This document shows, one piece after another, positions 37,862 through 47,202 of a stretch of DNA of 64,000 bases. Source of the stretch: Alphaproteobacteria bacterium. Lineage in GTDB: Bacteria; Pseudomonadota; Alphaproteobacteria; SP197. A program made the position numbers and the translations under genes. The stretch spans positions 768,001 to 832,000 of the forward strand of contig OZ219918.1 of assembly GCA_964291415.2 (NCBI GenBank), written 5' to 3'. Every line of letters begins with the position of its first letter. The stretch's first letter is position 1. Below the pieces are notes generated by a model, which was given only the letters and a program-made list of their open reading frames with translations, was not told the DNA's origin and did no database searches.

Positions 37862-39208
37862 GGTTGTGTCCCACCGCGTGGTGTAGGAGTTCTGGCTCCG
37901 CTGGAAGTTGTGGGTAACTGGCCCGCCGCAGCGACCAACGAGTCAGGCGGCGGGGGGCCAGTTATCCACAACGGCGGCCATCGCGGTTCCGGTTAAGGTT
38001 GGGTTTGCACAATCCACCTGACCGGAGGAGTACCACGATGACCACCAACGACATGATGACCCTGCAGGCCCTGTTGGAGAAGAGCTCTGACAGCGATCTT
38101 CTGCGCGAGATGATCGGTTCGCGGCCGGGCGCCTGATGGCCCTGGAAGTGGAGGGTCTGGGCGCCGCGCATGGCGAGCGCACACCGGAGCGGATCAACCA
38201 GAGAAACGGCTACCGCGACCGGTTGTGGGAGACCCGCGCGGGCACAGTGGAGCTGAAGATCCCGAAGTTGAGAAAGGGGAGCTACTTCCCCGGCTTCCTG
38301 GAGCCGCGGCGGACGGCGGAGAAGGCTCTGACGGCGGTGATGCCTACATCCAGGGCGTGTCGACGCCGGTTGATGACCTGGTGCAGGCCATGGGCATGAG
38401 CGGCAGAGCCAGGTCTCCCGGCTGTGCGGCGAGATCGACGACAAGATCGGCGGCTTCCTTGAGCGGCCCCTGGAGGGCACTGGTCATGCCACCTATGTGA
38501 AGGTCCGCGAGGCCGGGCGCATCGTCTCGGTCGCGGTGACCATCGCCGTGGCGGTCAACGACCAGGGCCGCCGCGAGGTCCTGGGCATGGCGGTCGGCGC
38601 CTCGGAGGCCGAGACCTTCTGGACCACTTCCTGCGTTCCTTGGCGCGCCGCGGGCTCCGGGGTGTCAAGCTGGTGATCTCCGACGACCACAAGGGTCTCA
38701 AGGCCGCGGTCACCCGCATCCTGCCACCTGGCAACATGCCGCGTGCACTTCACCCGCAACCTCTTGGCCCATGCCGGCAAGCAGGGCCGGGGCGATGCCT
38801 TCATCGCCACCGCCTTCGCCCAGAACAACGCCGCGGACGCCAAGTCCCAGTGGCGTCATCGACCAGCTCCGGCCCAAGGTGCGAAGGCTCATGGACAGGC
38901 CGAAGAGGATGTGCTGGGACCTTCCCCAGGGAGGTGAAGTTGCACTCCACGAATCCCCTCGAACGTCTCAACGCCGAGATCAAGCGCCGCACCAACGTCG
39001 TCGGCATCTTCCCCAACGAGAACGCCATCACCCGCCTGGTCGGCGCGATCCTTCTCGAGCAGAACGACGAATGGAGTGTCGGACGCCGATACATGACGCT
39101 GGAATCGATCGCTCCCGTGAGCGACAATATCAATCTCATGCTGCCCGCCGTGGCAGTTCGGATACCGAGCTGGACGCAGGCTCTTACACCACCCGGCGGG
39201 ACACGATC
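37862..39208 (+). mobile_element. IS256-family insertion sequence, 1347 bp
   Basis: 28-bp imperfect TIRs: GGTTGTGTCCCACCGCGTGGTGTAGGAG against reverse complement GATCGTGTCCCGCCGGGTGGTGTAAGAG (23/28 match). 8-bp TSD GGTGTCAT at 37854-37861 and 39209-39216. Confidence 0.93.
38038..39160 (+). pseudogene. IS256 (Mutator) transposase, multiply frameshifted
   Basis: Fragments in different frames: [83 protein letters not shown]...LLEQNDEW. Confidence 0.9.
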
Positions 39209-39466
39209 GGTGTCATGCGGGTGACACCCTTCACAAGCCGTTCGATCCGCGTGCGAGGAACACCCAGATGGCGGGCAAGTGCAATCACTCCCATGTCCAG
39301 CGGATCGAGGTAGAGTTCCTTCAGAACCTTGCCGGGATGCATCGGTTCTTCAAGCGGGCTCATCCGTGGATCCGGTTGGTACGGAAAGGCCTGACTTCAT
39401 AACGCTGTTTCGTAGCCTGGTCAGCTTTCTTCGCGCCGGCCCTGGGTCCGAGGATGGCGTTGAGGA

Positions 39467-39868
39467 TCAGAACTTGCGGTAGGCGCGGTTGAGGTCGCGC
39501 ATGGGATGGCGATCCGACATCTGGAACTTGATCAGGAGTTCGCGGGCGATCATGTCGCGGTCCTGCTGGTTGTCCGGCAGATCCACGGATTCGGGAATGC
39601 GGATCCAGCCGTTCGCGTTGCGGTCGAAGACCGCTGCATGACCTTCCTCGTAGCCCATGTGGACATCCTCGAGCCAGTTGAGATCGTCCCAGCCCATGAG
39701 TTCGATGTAGGTCTTCAGGAACGGCGTCAACCGGTCATAGTCGGGAAGCAGGTTGACGTCGTAGCGATAGCCGATGTGCTGGCCGATCTCCTTCTCGCGG
39801 GAGGTGTCGAGGCCGTCCGAGGTGAGGAAGTAGTCGACGTCGGCCGTCTGGTCGGTTGTGTCTGTCAT
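39467..39868 (-). CDS. Hypothetical 133-aa acidic protein at the end of the glx/mgs operon
   Basis: Strong coding bias; starts 20 nt after the glxD-like stop; no family recognised. Confidence 0.75.
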   Translation of the reverse strand: MTDTTDQTADVDYFLTSDGLDTSREKEIGQHIGYRYDVNLLPDYDRLTPFLKTYIELMGWDDLNWLEDVHMGYEEGHAAVFDRNANGWIRIPESVDLPDNQQDRDMIARELLIKFQMSDRHPMRDLNRAYRKF

Positions 39869-39887
39869 CTCTCGTATCCTGCCCTCA

Positions 39888-41240
39888 TCAGAGGTGGTGG
39901 TAGTCATCGACGCCGACGGTGTGATTGGTCCCTGCCAGGGGGACGCCCGCCATGGCCGAAGCCTCCATGGTCAGTGCCGCCAGATCTTCCGGCTCGAGGC
40001 TGTGGACATTGGTCTTGCCGCAGGCCCGCGCCATCATCTGGCATTCGATGGTCAGTGTATGGAGGATGTTGTAGACGCGTTCGGCCGCATCGTCGGGGTT
40101 GAGGCGCTTGCGCAACTCCGGATCCTGGGTTGCGACGCCGACCGGGCAGCGGCCGGTATGGCAGTGGTAGCAGTATCCGGCGGGAACGCCGATGGTGCCC
40201 TCGAAGTCCGCCTCCGGGATGTCCTTGTTGCAGTTGAGAGCCATCATCGCGGTGGTCCCGATGGCGACCGCGTCGGCGCCGAGAGCGAGCGCCTTCGCCA
40301 GGTCACCGCCGTTTCTCACCGCGCCGGCGTAGATGAGCGTGATGTCGCCGCGCTTGCCGAGATCATCGATCGCCCGCCTGGCCTGACGTATGGCGGCGAT
40401 TCCGGGAATGCCGGTCTCCTCGGTGGCAAGGTGGGGGCCTGCCCCGGTCGAACCCTCCATGCCATCGATGTAGATGGAGTCGGGATCGCACTTCACGGCC
40501 ATGCGCACGTCATCGTAGACACGCGCCGCACCGAGCTTGAGCTGGATCGGGATCTGGTAATTCGTTGCCTCGCGAATCTCCTGGATCTTGAGGGCGAGGT
40601 CGTCGGGGCCCAGCCAGTCCGGGTGGCGCGCCGGCGAGCGCTGGTCGATACCCGCGGGCAGGGACCGCATCTCGGCCACCTGGTCGGTGACCTTCTGGCC
40701 CATGAGATGGCCGCCAAGGCCGACCTTGCAGCCCTGGCCGATGAAGAACTCGCAACCGTCGGCCAGCCGCAGGTGATGCGGATTGAAGCCGTAGCGGGAC
40801 TGGATGCACTGGTAGAACCACTTTTCCGAGTAGCGGCGTTCATCGGGGATCATGCCGCCTTCGCCGGAACACGTCGCCGTGCCCGCCATGGTGGCGCCGC
40901 GGGCGAGCGCGGTCTTCGCCTCGTAGCTCAGTGCACCGAAGCTCATGCCGGTGACATAGACTGGAATGTCGAGAACCAGAGGGCGTCCGGCGCGGGGACC
41001 GATCACGGTCTCGGTCTGGCACTTCTCGCGATACCCCTCGATCACGAAACGGGTGAGGGTGCCCGGAAGGAACGTGAGATCATCCCAGGTCGGGATCTTC
41101 TTGAAGAGCGCCATGCCGCGCATGCGGTAACGCCCCAGTTCGGCCTTGATGTGGATGTCGTCAACCACCCGCGGCGGGAACATGAAATTCTCGCCGAGGA
41201 TTTCCCTGTTGCGGCCACTGCCGTTCGTGTCTGCGGTCAT
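39888..41240 (-). CDS. glxD: FMN-binding glutamate synthase-like protein (N-methylglutamate synthase subunit C, MgsC/GlxD-like)
   Basis: GMSFGALS, CSGEGG, GQGCKVGLGGHL, GIDQRSPARHPDW, CYHCHTGRCPVGVATQDP, ARACGKT. Confidence 0.85.
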   Translation of the reverse strand: MTADTNGSGRNREILGENFMFPPRVVDDIHIKAELGRYRMRGMALFKKIPTWDDLTFLPGTLTRFVIEGYREKCQTETVIGPRAGRPLVLDIPVYVTGMSFGALSYEAKTALARGATMAGTATCSGEGGMIPDERRYSEKWFYQCIQSRYGFNPHHLRLADGCEFFIGQGCKVGLGGHLMGQKVTDQVAEMRSLPAGIDQRSPARHPDWLGPDDLALKIQEIREATNYQIPIQLKLGAARVYDDVRMAVKCDPDSIYIDGMEGSTGAGPHLATEETGIPGIAAIRQARRAIDDLGKRGDITLIYAGAVRNGGDLAKALALGADAVAIGTTAMMALNCNKDIPEADFEGTIGVPAGYCYHCHTGRCPVGVATQDPELRKRLNPDDAAERVYNILHTLTIECQMMARACGKTNVHSLEPEDLAALTMEASAMAGVPLAGTNHTVGVDDYHHL

Positions 41241-41262
41241 TTTCTGGCTGTCTCCCACCGTC

Positions 41263-42108
41263 CTAGAGAACGATCTTCTTCTCTGCCGGTTCAAGATTGT
41301 CGTAGTTCCAGAGCTGCTTGCCGGCGACGATCTTGGTCATGTTCGCCACGCCGTTGGGTGCCTTGAGCCCATACATGCCGAGTTTGCGCTCGAGCCAGGC
41401 GCAGTCGAGATCGGACATGTCCCCCGGCACGGCATCGACACCGAGACTCTCGATCGTGCCTCCCACGAAGATTGTTCCGTCGTACATCGAGTCACCGAGG
41501 TTCTTGCCCGCGTCGCCAAGCACGATCATGCGGCCCCGCTGCATCATGAAGGCCGAGAAGGCGCCCGTCCGGCCACCGACGATGATGGTGCCGCCCTTCT
41601 GGTCGATGCCGGTCCGCGAACCAACGTCGCCCATGCAGACGAGATCGCCGCCGCGCATGGCCGCTCCGAAGGTCGAGCCGGCGTTCTTTTCGACGATCAC
41701 GGTGCCGGCCATCATGTTCTCGGCGCATGACCAGCCTACACGGCCGGTCACCCTGACATTGGGGCCGTCAATGAGTCCGACGCCAAAGTACCCGAGGCTA
41801 CCCTCGAAGATCAGGTTGAGCCGCTGCAGGATGCCCACGCCCAGGGAATGGCGGGCCTGGGGATTGCGGACAACGATGGAGCCGTAGCCCTCGGCCATCA
41901 GGTCACGGATCTTGCGGTTTACGTCCCGGGCATCCATGTCGATGGCATCGATGGTGGTACGCTTGTTGAAATCGACGTCAAACGCTTCCGGGTAGAGATG
42001 GTTCTCCTCTTCGCTGATGTCGAAGAACCTCTGCTGCGTGCGCCCGGTGAGCTGCTCGGTGTGCAGCCCCATGTCGTGGGAGCGCGCGGTCTCGTTCAGC
42101 TCTGCCAT
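41263..42108 (-). CDS. glxC: GXGXG-domain protein (MgsB/GlxC-like) with an N-terminal extension
   Basis: GSLGYF, AENMMAG, GDVGSRTGIDQKGG, LGDSMYDG, ESLGVDA. Confidence 0.82.
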   Translation of the reverse strand: MAELNETARSHDMGLHTEQLTGRTQQRFFDISEEENHLYPEAFDVDFNKRTTIDAIDMDARDVNRKIRDLMAEGYGSIVVRNPQARHSLGVGILQRLNLIFEGSLGYFGVGLIDGPNVRVTGRVGWSCAENMMAGTVIVEKNAGSTFGAAMRGGDLVCMGDVGSRTGIDQKGGTIIVGGRTGAFSAFMMQRGRMIVLGDAGKNLGDSMYDGTIFVGGTIESLGVDAVPGDMSDLDCAWLERKLGMYGLKAPNGVANMTKIVAGKQLWNYDNLEPAEKKIVL

Positions 42109-43031
42109 ACCCGAACCTCCCGGTCGTAGGGATCGTGCGTGTCGATTTCGTGGGGCAGGACCTGGCGGATGGCGACCTCTTCGGAGGCCATGGCCACCAG
42201 ATCGTCGCTCTCGTAGAGCACCATGGGCTTGGCAGCCATGTCGTCCTTGGCCATGCCGAGCTTGTCCGACGTCGCCACGAGGTAGGTGAAGACTCCGTCG
42301 AACTCGTCGACCGACTGCACCATGGCCTCTTCCAGATCGACGCCTTCCTGCAGCTTGTCGGCGATGTAGACCGAGATGAGCTCGCTGTCGCAGCTCGACA
42401 TGAAGCGGAAGTCCTTGCGCTCGAGTTCCCGGCGCATGATCCAGTAGTTGGTGAGCTGGCCGTTATGCACCACGGCGATGTCGTTGTAGGGATAGGCCCA
42501 GTAGGGATGGGCGGAACGGATGTCGACATCCGATTCCGTGGCCATGCGGGTATGCCCGATTGCGTGGGTGCCATTGAAGCCCCTGAGCGCGTACTGGTCC
42601 GACACGGTCGATGCGTCGCCAAGATCCTTGATCAGCTCGAGTCGGCTGCCGAGAGAGAGGATCTCGGTGGAGGCCACGTCCTCGACGTAGTCGGCCACCT
42701 TGCGCATGTCGCCGCCATGCTTGATGCGGTAGCGGTAGGCGTACTCGGTGGCGTCGACGGTCTCGACCACCTCCACTCCGAGTTCGGCGAGACGGCGGTC
42801 GACTTCGGCCCGGCGGTCCCGTATCTCCTGGTGAATGTTGTAACCCTTCGCCGCGTCTTCCTGCTCGGCGACCTTGAAGCGCAGGACAAACTCGTCGTCG
42901 CGGGGCATGCCGTAGATGGCAAATCCCGTCGAGTCCGGTCCCCTGTGCTTGAGCGACTGCAACATGGAGGTCATCTCCGAACCGATGTCGGATGACCTGT
43001 TGCGGTGAATGATGCCTGCAATGCCACACAT
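42096..43031 (-). CDS. glxB: Class II glutamine amidotransferase (MgsA/GlxB-like)
   Basis: N-terminal MCGIAG, HRGPDSTG, IGHTRMATES, AHPY, VHNGQLTN, ASEEVA. Confidence 0.85.
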   Translation of the reverse strand: MCGIAGIIHRNRSSDIGSEMTSMLQSLKHRGPDSTGFAIYGMPRDDEFVLRFKVAEQEDAAKGYNIHQEIRDRRAEVDRRLAELGVEVVETVDATEYAYRYRIKHGGDMRKVADYVEDVASTEILSLGSRLELIKDLGDASTVSDQYALRGFNGTHAIGHTRMATESDVDIRSAHPYWAYPYNDIAVVHNGQLTNYWIMRRELERKDFRFMSSCDSELISVYIADKLQEGVDLEEAMVQSVDEFDGVFTYLVATSDKLGMAKDDMAAKPMVLYESDDLVAMASEEVAIRQVLPHEIDTHDPYDREVRVWQS

Positions 43032-43101
43032 GCTTCGTTGTCTCCCCTTGCCTTCGGGCGACAGCGGGAGGTGCCCCGCTGCCGCACCGACAATCCGCCT
43101 G

Positions 43102-44574
43102 TCAGGGCAGGCAGTCCCAGTAGGTTTCCATGTCCCATTCGGTGACGGTGGCCATGAAGGTCTCCCACTCGTTGGTCTTGTAGTGCATGAAGACCTTGTA
43201 CATGTCGCCCGGCATCGATGACTTGATCACCTCGTCATTGCTCAGTCGATCGAGGGCGTCACCCAGCGACATCGGCAACTTCTTGACCAGCTTGCCCTCT
43301 TCCATGGCCTGGTAGATGTTGCGCTCCTCCGGCTCGCCGGGATCGAGGTCGTTGTCGATGCCGTCGTCGAATGCCTGCAGCAGAGCGCTGGCCATGAGGT
43401 AGGGGTTGACCATGGAGTCGACCGCCCGGTACTCGAAACGCCCCGGTGCCGAGACGCGCATGCCGGTGGTCCGGTTCTGGTATCCCCAGTCGGCAAACAC
43501 CGGAGCCCAGAAGCCCGTATCCCACAGGCGGCGATAGGAGTTGACCGTGGAGCAGCCGATGGCCGTCAGCGCCCCGAGATGCGCCATGATGCCGCCGATG
43601 GCCTTGAGGCCAACCTTGCCGGGCTTGCGCGGATCGGAACCGTCCGGAAGGAAGGTGTTGGTGCCGCCCTTGCGATAGGCGAAGTTCTCCAGCAAACCCG
43701 CCGGCTGGTCCTGGCCCAGGGTGTTGATCTCGTCGGCGCCGCCCGTCCACAGCGAAACATTGTGGTGGCACCCCGATGCCGAGACACCCATGAAGGGCTT
43801 CGACATGAAGCACGCCACGAGATTGTTCTCGCGCGCGACCTGGGCACAGATCTGCCGGTAGGTGGTGAGACGGTCGGCGGTGCGCAGGGCATCATCGAAC
43901 TGGAAGTTCAGCTCCAGCTGGCCCGGTGCGTCCTCGTGGTCGCCCTGGATCATGTCGAGGCCCATGGCGCGGCTGTACTCGATCGCCTTCATGAACACCG
44001 GGCGCAGACTCTCGAACTGGTCGATGTGGTAGCAGTTCGGCTTGGAGAATCCGCCGTCAGGCAGGCCGTCCTCGCCCTTCTTGAGCCACATCATCTCCGG
44101 CTCGGTGCCGTGGCGCAGATGCAGGCCGTCGTGCTTTTCCTGGAAGGCGTCGTGAATGCGCCTGAGGTTGCCGCGGCAGTCCCCGGTGAAGAAGGCGCCC
44201 GGATTGACGGGTTCCTCGCGGTTGCGGAAGCAGGTGCAGTAGACCCGCGCCACGCGCTTGTCCCAGGGCAGCTGCACGAATGTCTCGGGATCGGGAATGC
44301 CCACAAGCTCGGACGATTCCGGTCCGTAACCGATGTAGTTTCCGTAACGGTCGACATAGAGATTGGCGACCGAGCCGTAGACGAGCTGGAAGCCCCGCTC
44401 GGCAATGGTCTCCCAGTGATCGGCGGGCACGCCCTTGCCGACAATCCGCCCGGTCACGGAAATGAACTGGTAGTAGATGTAATCGATGTTCAGTTCATCG
44501 ATCTTCTCGCGCACCTGGCGCACCTTGTCGGCACGGCCTTCCTGTTCAACGTAACGTTCGATGTCCATCGGCAT
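43102..44574 (-). CDS. Glutamine synthetase-like gamma-glutamyl-amine ligase (GmaS-like role, divergent subfamily)
   Basis: GTEPEM, DHEDAPGQLELN, FMSKPF..VSASGCHHNVSL, VNSYRRL, WGYQNRT, FEYRAVD. ATG 44574 with an AGGGAG RBS. Confidence 0.85.
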   Translation of the reverse strand: MPMDIERYVEQEGRADKVRQVREKIDELNIDYIYYQFISVTGRIVGKGVPADHWETIAERGFQLVYGSVANLYVDRYGNYIGYGPESSELVGIPDPETFVQLPWDKRVARVYCTCFRNREEPVNPGAFFTGDCRGNLRRIHDAFQEKHDGLHLRHGTEPEMMWLKKGEDGLPDGGFSKPNCYHIDQFESLRPVFMKAIEYSRAMGLDMIQGDHEDAPGQLELNFQFDDALRTADRLTTYRQICAQVARENNLVACFMSKPFMGVSASGCHHNVSLWTGGADEINTLGQDQPAGLLENFAYRKGGTNTFLPDGSDPRKPGKVGLKAIGGIMAHLGALTAIGCSTVNSYRRLWDTGFWAPVFADWGYQNRTTGMRVSAPGRFEYRAVDSMVNPYLMASALLQAFDDGIDNDLDPGEPEERNIYQAMEEGKLVKKLPMSLGDALDRLSNDEVIKSSMPGDMYKVFMHYKTNEWETFMATVTEWDMETYWDCLP

Positions 44575-44647
44575 GGATCCTGCTCTCCCTTGCGCTCGGT
44601 TCTTTGGGTTGTCCTTCTCCCCTGGATTGCCAGGGCCGGTGGTCCTG

Positions 44648-45985
44648 TCAGCTCCACGGGAAGGGGCTGTTCGACACCGGATGCAGTTGTCCTTCGGCAT
44701 AGCGTGAAAAGCGGAACGGCTCGAGCAGTTCCATGGTCTCGCCAACACACTCGGCCGCCACGAGCTTGCCGACCCCTATCATCTTGTAGCCGTGATTGGA
44801 GTCGGCGATGATCTGGACATTCTCGCACATCGTATCGAAGACCGGGAAGCTGTCGGGCGTGAAACAGCCAAGGCCTCCCGACGGCTCCTTCTTCCAGTGC
44901 CTGATCTGCCCGGAGAAGCGCTCCTGGCAATGGGCCAGGGCCGAACACCACATGTGGGCGAACTCGTCGCCGACGATGAAGTCCGGCGAATCCGGGCCAT
45001 AGGGATCGAGCGCCACCTCGTTTACCGGTGTGGTGACCTCGTAGGGCATGGCGCCGCCCTGGATGCCGGCAAAGTTGAAGTCGGGCTTGTAGTAGATTCC
45101 CCACATCTCTTCGGTGATGACGGAGCCATCGATATCGGACTGGAGCGGGGCGTCGGTGTCGACGTGGATGACCGGCGGCATGGCGCCGTCGTTCGTCTTC
45201 TGCAGGTTCGGATCGACGCCGAGCGTTCCTTCCTCGAGGCACCAGTAGCGCCACATGTCGATGCCGTGGTGCATCGTGCCGTCCGCGCCCTTGATGGAGA
45301 CGCTCTCGGGGAGGTCGAGCATGGACCATAACTTGGAGACCCACGGTCCCACGGCCACCACGACCATGTCGGTGTCGATGACGCCGCGGTCCGTGACGAC
45401 AGCGCTCACCGCCTCGCCGGAGCGCTCGAAACCGGTGACGGCGCAGCCGGTGATGATGCGGACTCCCTCGCTTTCCGCCTTGGAAGCAAGCCCGTAGATG
45501 GACGCGGTGTTGTTGGCGTAGCCACCCCTCTTCTCGTGCAGCACCGAGGTGATGTTCTGTGCGCGCCAGTCGGAGAACATCGACTTCATGTACGTCATGC
45601 AGTCGTCCGCGCCCTCGATGAAGGCCGACTCGTAGCCGATCGCCTTCTGCTGCTGGTAGATCGTCGCGACGTCCCCATGCATGGACTCGCTGGAAATCTG
45701 CATGTAGCCGACCGGATGATAGCTGTAGGCTTCAGGGTCGCTTTCCCACACCTCGACCGACTGCGCCATGAGTTCGCGCATGGCCGGCTGGTAGTAGTTG
45801 TTGCGGACCACGCCACAGGCGATGCCGCTGGCGCCGGCGGCAATCCCCGTCTTGTCGAGAACGAGGATGTCCTCGCCACTGCCCCGTCCTCGCGCCTTCA
45901 GTTCCAGCGCCAGGTGGTAGGCCGTCGAAAGACCGTGAATACCGGCTCCGATGATGACATAGGGTGAGCTCTTCGGGAATGCCAT
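44648..45985 (-). CDS. FAD-dependent oxidoreductase, sarcosine oxidase/DAO family
   Basis: IIGAGIHGLSTAYHL, GASGIACGVVR, FTPDSFPV, DSNHGYK, FRFSR. Start set at MAFPK (45985). Confidence 0.87.
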   Translation of the reverse strand: MAFPKSSPYVIIGAGIHGLSTAYHLALELKARGRGSGEDILVLDKTGIAAGASGIACGVVRNNYYQPAMRELMAQSVEVWESDPEAYSYHPVGYMQISSESMHGDVATIYQQQKAIGYESAFIEGADDCMTYMKSMFSDWRAQNITSVLHEKRGGYANNTASIYGLASKAESEGVRIITGCAVTGFERSGEAVSAVVTDRGVIDTDMVVVAVGPWVSKLWSMLDLPESVSIKGADGTMHHGIDMWRYWCLEEGTLGVDPNLQKTNDGAMPPVIHVDTDAPLQSDIDGSVITEEMWGIYYKPDFNFAGIQGGAMPYEVTTPVNEVALDPYGPDSPDFIVGDEFAHMWCSALAHCQERFSGQIRHWKKEPSGGLGCFTPDSFPVFDTMCENVQIIADSNHGYKMIGVGKLVAAECVGETMELLEPFRFSRYAEGQLHPVSNSPFPWS

Positions 45986-46045
45986 GCGGTGTTCGTCCCC
46001 TGTTGTTCGCAACTCCCGGCCTTGAGTGGACGGGAGGGAGAGTGC

Positions 46046-46097
46046 TTGACGATCGTTGACCCGCCAGTTATACCAATAATGAACCAATACAACCAAT
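46046..46097. promoter_or_regulatory. Divergent promoter region with GntR/FadR-type ACCAAT repeats
   Basis: TTGACG-17bp-TATACC on the plus strand (46046-46074). ACCAAT at 46072, 46083 and 46092 within an AT-rich patch. Confidence 0.55.
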
Positions 46098-46121
46098 CCC
46101 CAAAACCCTAGAACGCACGTC

Positions 46122-46838
46122 ATGCCGATGTCAAGACCAACGAAGAGCCCGGTCCGCGCGACGCCCCTTCCATTGCCGCGGGCAGGAACCGCGGTCGCCG
46201 TCGCCACCCGGCTGCGCGCGGCGATTGCCGACGGCATCTATGTCGATGGTGAACGCCTGCCTGCCGAACGTGCTCTCGCCGATGCCTTCTCCTGTTCGAG
46301 GACGACCGTTCGCGAAGCCTTGCGACAGCTCTGCGACGGCAACCTCGTCTCCCGCCGGGCGGGGAGCGGAACGTTCGTCACTTTCAGCCACGACGCCGAG
46401 AATCCCGATATCGCCGAAATCACCAGCCCTCTTGAGCTGATCGACGTGCGGATCGCCGTGGAACCGCACATGGTGCGTCTCGCCACGGTTCACGCCACCA
46501 TGCGCGATCTCGGCCGCATCGGCATAGCCCTTGACGCCCTCGAGTCGTCCGGCGAGCCCGAATCATTCACGCGCCAGGACCGCATCTTCCACCAGTCGAT
46601 TGCCGATGCCACCCACAATCCGCTGATGTGCTCCTTCTACCGGCGGATCAACCATGTTCGCGGACACCGCCAGTGGAACGCGATGAAGGACAAGGTACTG
46701 ACCGGTCAGGCGATGGAATCCTACAACCACGACCATCGCCAGCTCTTCGAGGCCCTGGCCGTGCGTGACGCCGATCGTGCCGCCGACATTGTCCTCAGTC
46801 ACCTGCAGACCGCGCGTCTGCAGCTGGTCGCCACCTGA
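46122..46838 (+). CDS. GntR/FadR-family transcriptional regulator
   Basis: wHTH GERLPAERALA...SRTTVREAL...GSGTFV and FCD domain (D..FHQSIADATHN, H..L.EAL). Confidence 0.92.
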   Translation: MPMSRPTKSPVRATPLPLPRAGTAVAVATRLRAAIADGIYVDGERLPAERALADAFSCSRTTVREALRQLCDGNLVSRRAGSGTFVTFSHDAENPDIAEITSPLELIDVRIAVEPHMVRLATVHATMRDLGRIGIALDALESSGEPESFTRQDRIFHQSIADATHNPLMCSFYRRINHVRGHRQWNAMKDKVLTGQAMESYNHDHRQLFEALAVRDADRAADIVLSHLQTARLQLVAT

Positions 46839-47202
46839 CGCCGCCGGGATCGCGCAGCCGCGTGATCTCGACCCCGGCAGCGCGTGCCTCGGTCACGGCA
46901 TCGGGCTTGACGGCACGCACGGTGACCACGCCGACATGCGGCAATTCCAGGCAGGCCGCCGCCAGGTCTTCGGCAAAGTCCTCGACCAGCTGAATGTGAC
47001 CACGATCGATGATGTCCCGTGCCCGCATCACGATATCCCGGTAGTCGACCGTGGTCTCGAGGCGCCCGGCCTTCCAGGGGTCTCCCTCGAGTTCGAGCGT
47101 GACATCGACGATGAGCGGTTGCCTGGCGGTTGCCTCGTGATCGAGGATGCCGATCGATGCCTCGAGTGCCAGGGCCTCGATGAAGACGCGCGTGCGGGTC
47201 AT
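46795..47202 (-). CDS. folB: Dihydroneopterin aldolase
   Basis: ASIGILDHE...Q...VDV, TVDY, HIQLVEDFAE, KPDA, GVEI.R. Confidence 0.88.
   Translation of the reverse strand: MTRTRVFIEALALEASIGILDHEATARQPLIVDVTLELEGDPWKAGRLETTVDYRDIVMRARDIIDRGHIQLVEDFAEDLAAACLELPHVGVVTVRAVKPDAVTEARAAGVEITRLRDPGGVRWRPAADARSAGD

Larger units (their letters stand above)
37718..39363 (-). pseudogene. higA: HigA-family antitoxin gene interrupted by IS256
   Basis: Removing the IS and one TSD copy gives an intact 96-aa ORF: [96 protein letters not shown]. Confidence 0.88.

Noticed and set aside
39888-44574. Housekeeping GS/GOGAT (glnA, gltB)
   Set aside because: The glutamate synthase domains are split into three glxBCD-type genes and the GS homolog is a divergent subfamily member.
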